A DNA stretch of 63,134 bases, filler included, from Chloroflexota bacterium (GTDB lineage: Bacteria; Chloroflexota; Chloroflexia; QHBQ01), in assembly GCA_043754535.1 (NCBI GenBank). It is 5 parts of 5 records of this genome, joined end to end, with 100 filler letters (N's around TTAATTAATTAA, not from the genome) between each part and the next. Parts side by side here need not be neighbours in the genome. Positions count along the whole stretch, not along the records: positions 54,662 to 63,134 come from JAYUUN010000115.1; 4 more parts are not named here. One strand, 5' to 3'. Position 1 is the first letter of the stretch; every line of letters begins with the position of its first letter. Shown in pieces: positions 60,864 to 63,134 of the stretch. Both the position numbers and the translations under genes were made by a program. The notes under the pieces are model-generated. The model was not told where the DNA came from, did no database searches, and saw only the letters and a list, made by a program, of their open reading frames with translations.

Positions 60864-62276
60864 GTGGCAGAAGTCTTGACTGAAGACGAAACGAAGCAGG
60901 CCCAACCGCTTGGTGGCAGCATCAACCGCCGCGTTCTCAATCTCGCCTGGCCCGTCGTGCTTGAGCAGGTATTGGAGACGGCGTTGGGTCTGGCAGACAC
61001 CGCGCTGGTCGGCCACTACAGCAATGCGGCGGCGGCGGGAGTCGGCACAGCAGTGCAAATCTTTAGCTTCCTGATCGTCGGCCTCAGCGCACTCTCGACT
61101 GGCGTGACCATCCTCGTGGCCCAGGCAATTGGAGCGGGTGACCAGGCGCGGGCCAACCGCCTGACCAAACAGGCGATCACCTGGGGGATCATTATCAGCA
61201 TCCCCTTCGCCATCGCGGGCGCATTCGGAGCCGACTGGCTGATCGGCTTGCTCGGCATCAGTGACCCAGAGGTGGCCCGCATCGGGGCGGACTACCTGCG
61301 CGTAGTCATGTCGCTGGTCGTATTCCTCACTCTGCTGTTCGTGGTCGGCTCAGCCCTGCGCGGAGCGGGCGACAGCCGCACACCCATGTACGTGACCCTG
61401 GTCGCCAACGTGATCAACATCGGGGCGGCCTGGCTGCTGATCTACGGCAACCTGGGCTTCCCAGCCCTCGGCCCAGTCGGTAGCGCGTGGGCAGCCACGA
61501 TAGGGCGGGGGATAGCCCTGGCGATCATGATCGCCATCCTCGTCCTCGGCGGGCGGCTGATCCACATCAACACTGCGGGCGGCTGGCGGCCCGACTTTGG
61601 CGCACTGCGCGACCTCATGCGCCTGGGGCTACCAAACGCTGGGCAGCAGATGCTCACTCAGCTAGCCTTCATCGGCCTGATCATCATCGTTGTGCCACTG
61701 GGGACGAGCGCATTGGCCGCCCACAACATCATCTTCAACTCCTTCCAGCTATCCTTCCTGCCCGGCTTCGGCTTCTCCATCGCGGCAACCGCCCTGGTGG
61801 GGCAGGCAGTGGGGGCGGGCAACGAGCGCGAGGCGCGGCAGTTTGGCAACGTCGCTACCCTGTGGGGGATCGCTTGGATGGGGCTGGCAGGCCTGCTCTA
61901 CTTCGTCTTCGCCCCCCAGGTGATTGCCCTGTTCCTGGCCGACAGCCCCCAGGCAGCGGCGGTGGTGGAGGCTGGTACGCTACCGCTACGCCTGCTAGCG
62001 GTGGTGCAACCCTTCTGGGCGATCCTTTTCATCCAGTCAGGGGCATTGGAGGGGGCAGGCATCGTCCTCTTTCCCGCAATCACGACGGTGGTTGGGGTCT
62101 ACGGCGCGGTGCTAGTTAGCTGGTTGGCCGTCAGCCAGTTTGGTTGGGGGCTAACAGGGGTATGGGGAGCCTTCCTGCTCACGGCACCACTGGGGTTGCT
62201 GATCGGCTGGCGGTTCCAGACGGCGCGGCTGGTGCGGCCTGGCTCTCAAACTGCTGGCACTTTAGCGGGAGGGTAG
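60864..62276 (+). CDS. MATE family efflux transporter
   Basis: LAWPVVLEQ...DTALVG, LRGAGDSRTPM, LVGQAVGAG; GTG after AGGAGG. Confidence 0.92.
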   Translation: MAEVLTEDETKQAQPLGGSINRRVLNLAWPVVLEQVLETALGLADTALVGHYSNAAAAGVGTAVQIFSFLIVGLSALSTGVTILVAQAIGAGDQARANRLTKQAITWGIIISIPFAIAGAFGADWLIGLLGISDPEVARIGADYLRVVMSLVVFLTLLFVVGSALRGAGDSRTPMYVTLVANVINIGAAWLLIYGNLGFPALGPVGSAWAATIGRGIALAIMIAILVLGGRLIHINTAGGWRPDFGALRDLMRLGLPNAGQQMLTQLAFIGLIIIVVPLGTSALAAHNIIFNSFQLSFLPGFGFSIAATALVGQAVGAGNEREARQFGNVATLWGIAWMGLAGLLYFVFAPQVIALFLADSPQAAAVVEAGTLPLRLLAVVQPFWAILFIQSGALEGAGIVLFPAITTVVGVYGAVLVSWLAVSQFGWGLTGVWGAFLLTAPLGLLIGWRFQTARLVRPGSQTAGTLAGG

Positions 62277-62282
62277 CGCGTG

Positions 62283-62906
62283 ATGGCAGGATCGATAGTG
62301 AGGCGCACGATCATTGATATGGCCCTGCGGCGGCAGTGACCGGGCAGCGGCAGCACCCGCGAGTTTCTGATAAGGAGGACAGCACGGATGATCTGGCCCG
62401 ACCTCGAACCGATCCTCAAACCGATCCGCTGGGCGGTGTGGGGGGGAGTGGCAATCCGCCATTACATCGTGCCAGAGCGCGAGCCGCTAGACTTCGACGC
62501 AGCGGTGGCAGCGGCAGACGGCCCTGCCATGCGCGAAAAGATGGCAGCGTCGGGCTACCAGTACCAGGGCGAGAGTGAGTGGGGCGAGGCCATGTGGCGC
62601 AGTGCAGAGGGGGTGCCGGTTGACGTATTTGAGGGAGCCGAGGAGTGGTGGCCGACCGCTCTGGCACAGGCGCAGAGCAACCGCAACGCGCAGGGCTTGC
62701 CGATCTTGCCCCTCCCATACCTCATCTTGCTGCTGCTCGATGATGGTCGCGAACGCAAGCTGAACGACGCGGCCAAGATGCTATCTGCGGCTGACGAGCC
62801 GACGCTGGCCGAGGTCAGGTCGCTAGTCGCCCACTACCGCCCGCAGCACGCCGAGGGGCTGGCTCATTTGATTGTGCAAGGAAAAAGAGAGATGAACAAC
62901 GCATGA
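62283..62906 (+). CDS. Nucleotidyltransferase-like protein (in-frame TGA at 62337; may restart at ATG 62388)
   Basis: WAVWGGVAI...ERxPLDFD...VDVFE motif; paralog of 60429-60847. Confidence 0.65.
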
Positions 62907-63134
62907 ACACCACCTGCTACCGCCACCCCACTATCCCCACGCTGGCCGCCTGCGCCGACTGTGGCAGGTCGGTCTGTTCGCTCTGCGCGAGATTTGAGGC
63001 TGGGCAGGCCAGTTGTCCCGAACATGGCAGGCACAGGCAAGTGGGACCGTCGCTCCAGGAGATGGGGGTTAAGCAGTTCAGCGGGCCAGTGCTGCATGAG
63101 CAAACGAGCGGCAGCATCACGATTGTGCAGAGAA
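62903..63134 (+). CDS. B-box-type zinc finger protein, runs off the window end
   Basis: MNTTCYRHP...CADCGRSVCSLC...CPEH; the start overlaps the upstream stop. Confidence 0.7.
   Translation, partial: MNTTCYRHPTIPTLAACADCGRSVCSLCARFEAGQASCPEHGRHRQVGPSLQEMGVKQFSGPVLHEQTSGSITIVQR

Noticed and set aside
62337..62339. In-frame TGA as selenocysteine
   Set aside because: The paralog has Gln at the equivalent position, not Cys, and there is no redox motif; a nonsense mutation is simpler.

Overview
GC-rich bacterial DNA, plausibly a Chloroflexota genome bin (inferred from the many Thr-linker plus SLH surface proteins). The window is five contigs joined by artificial 100-nt N/TTAATTAATTAA linkers (27458-27557, 36533-36632, 45583-45682, 54562-54661), so adjacency across them is not biological. 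Contig 1: SLH-anchored S8 protease and BNR/sialidase-fold protein, oppBCDF, a GT-C-like membrane protein, rfbA-rfbB, two tandem SAM methyltransferases and assorted regulators. Contig 2: polA, a glycine riboswitch with a degenerate second aptamer, gcvT-H-PA-PB and a lipoate ligase. Contig 3: an accessory cell-surface island with SLH proteins, three lipoproteins (one built from three catalytically degenerate cyclophilin-like repeats), a divergent XRE / double-XRE regulator pair and a TPR protein. Contig 4: a decaying plasmid/ICE-like segment with an N6-adenine RM gene, parA-parB with three identical 21-bp palindromic parS candidates, an iteron-like repeat cluster with DnaA-box-like sites, several pseudogene fragments, a truncated cas6 and a 5-repeat CRISPR array whose leader end is replaced by an IS1-like fragment. 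Contig 5: sucCD, korAB and a MATE transporter flanked by two damaged nucleotidyltransferase-like paralogs. The strongest leads are the contig 4 partition/origin signals and the contig 3 surface island. All family calls are by motif recognition only; no searches were run.
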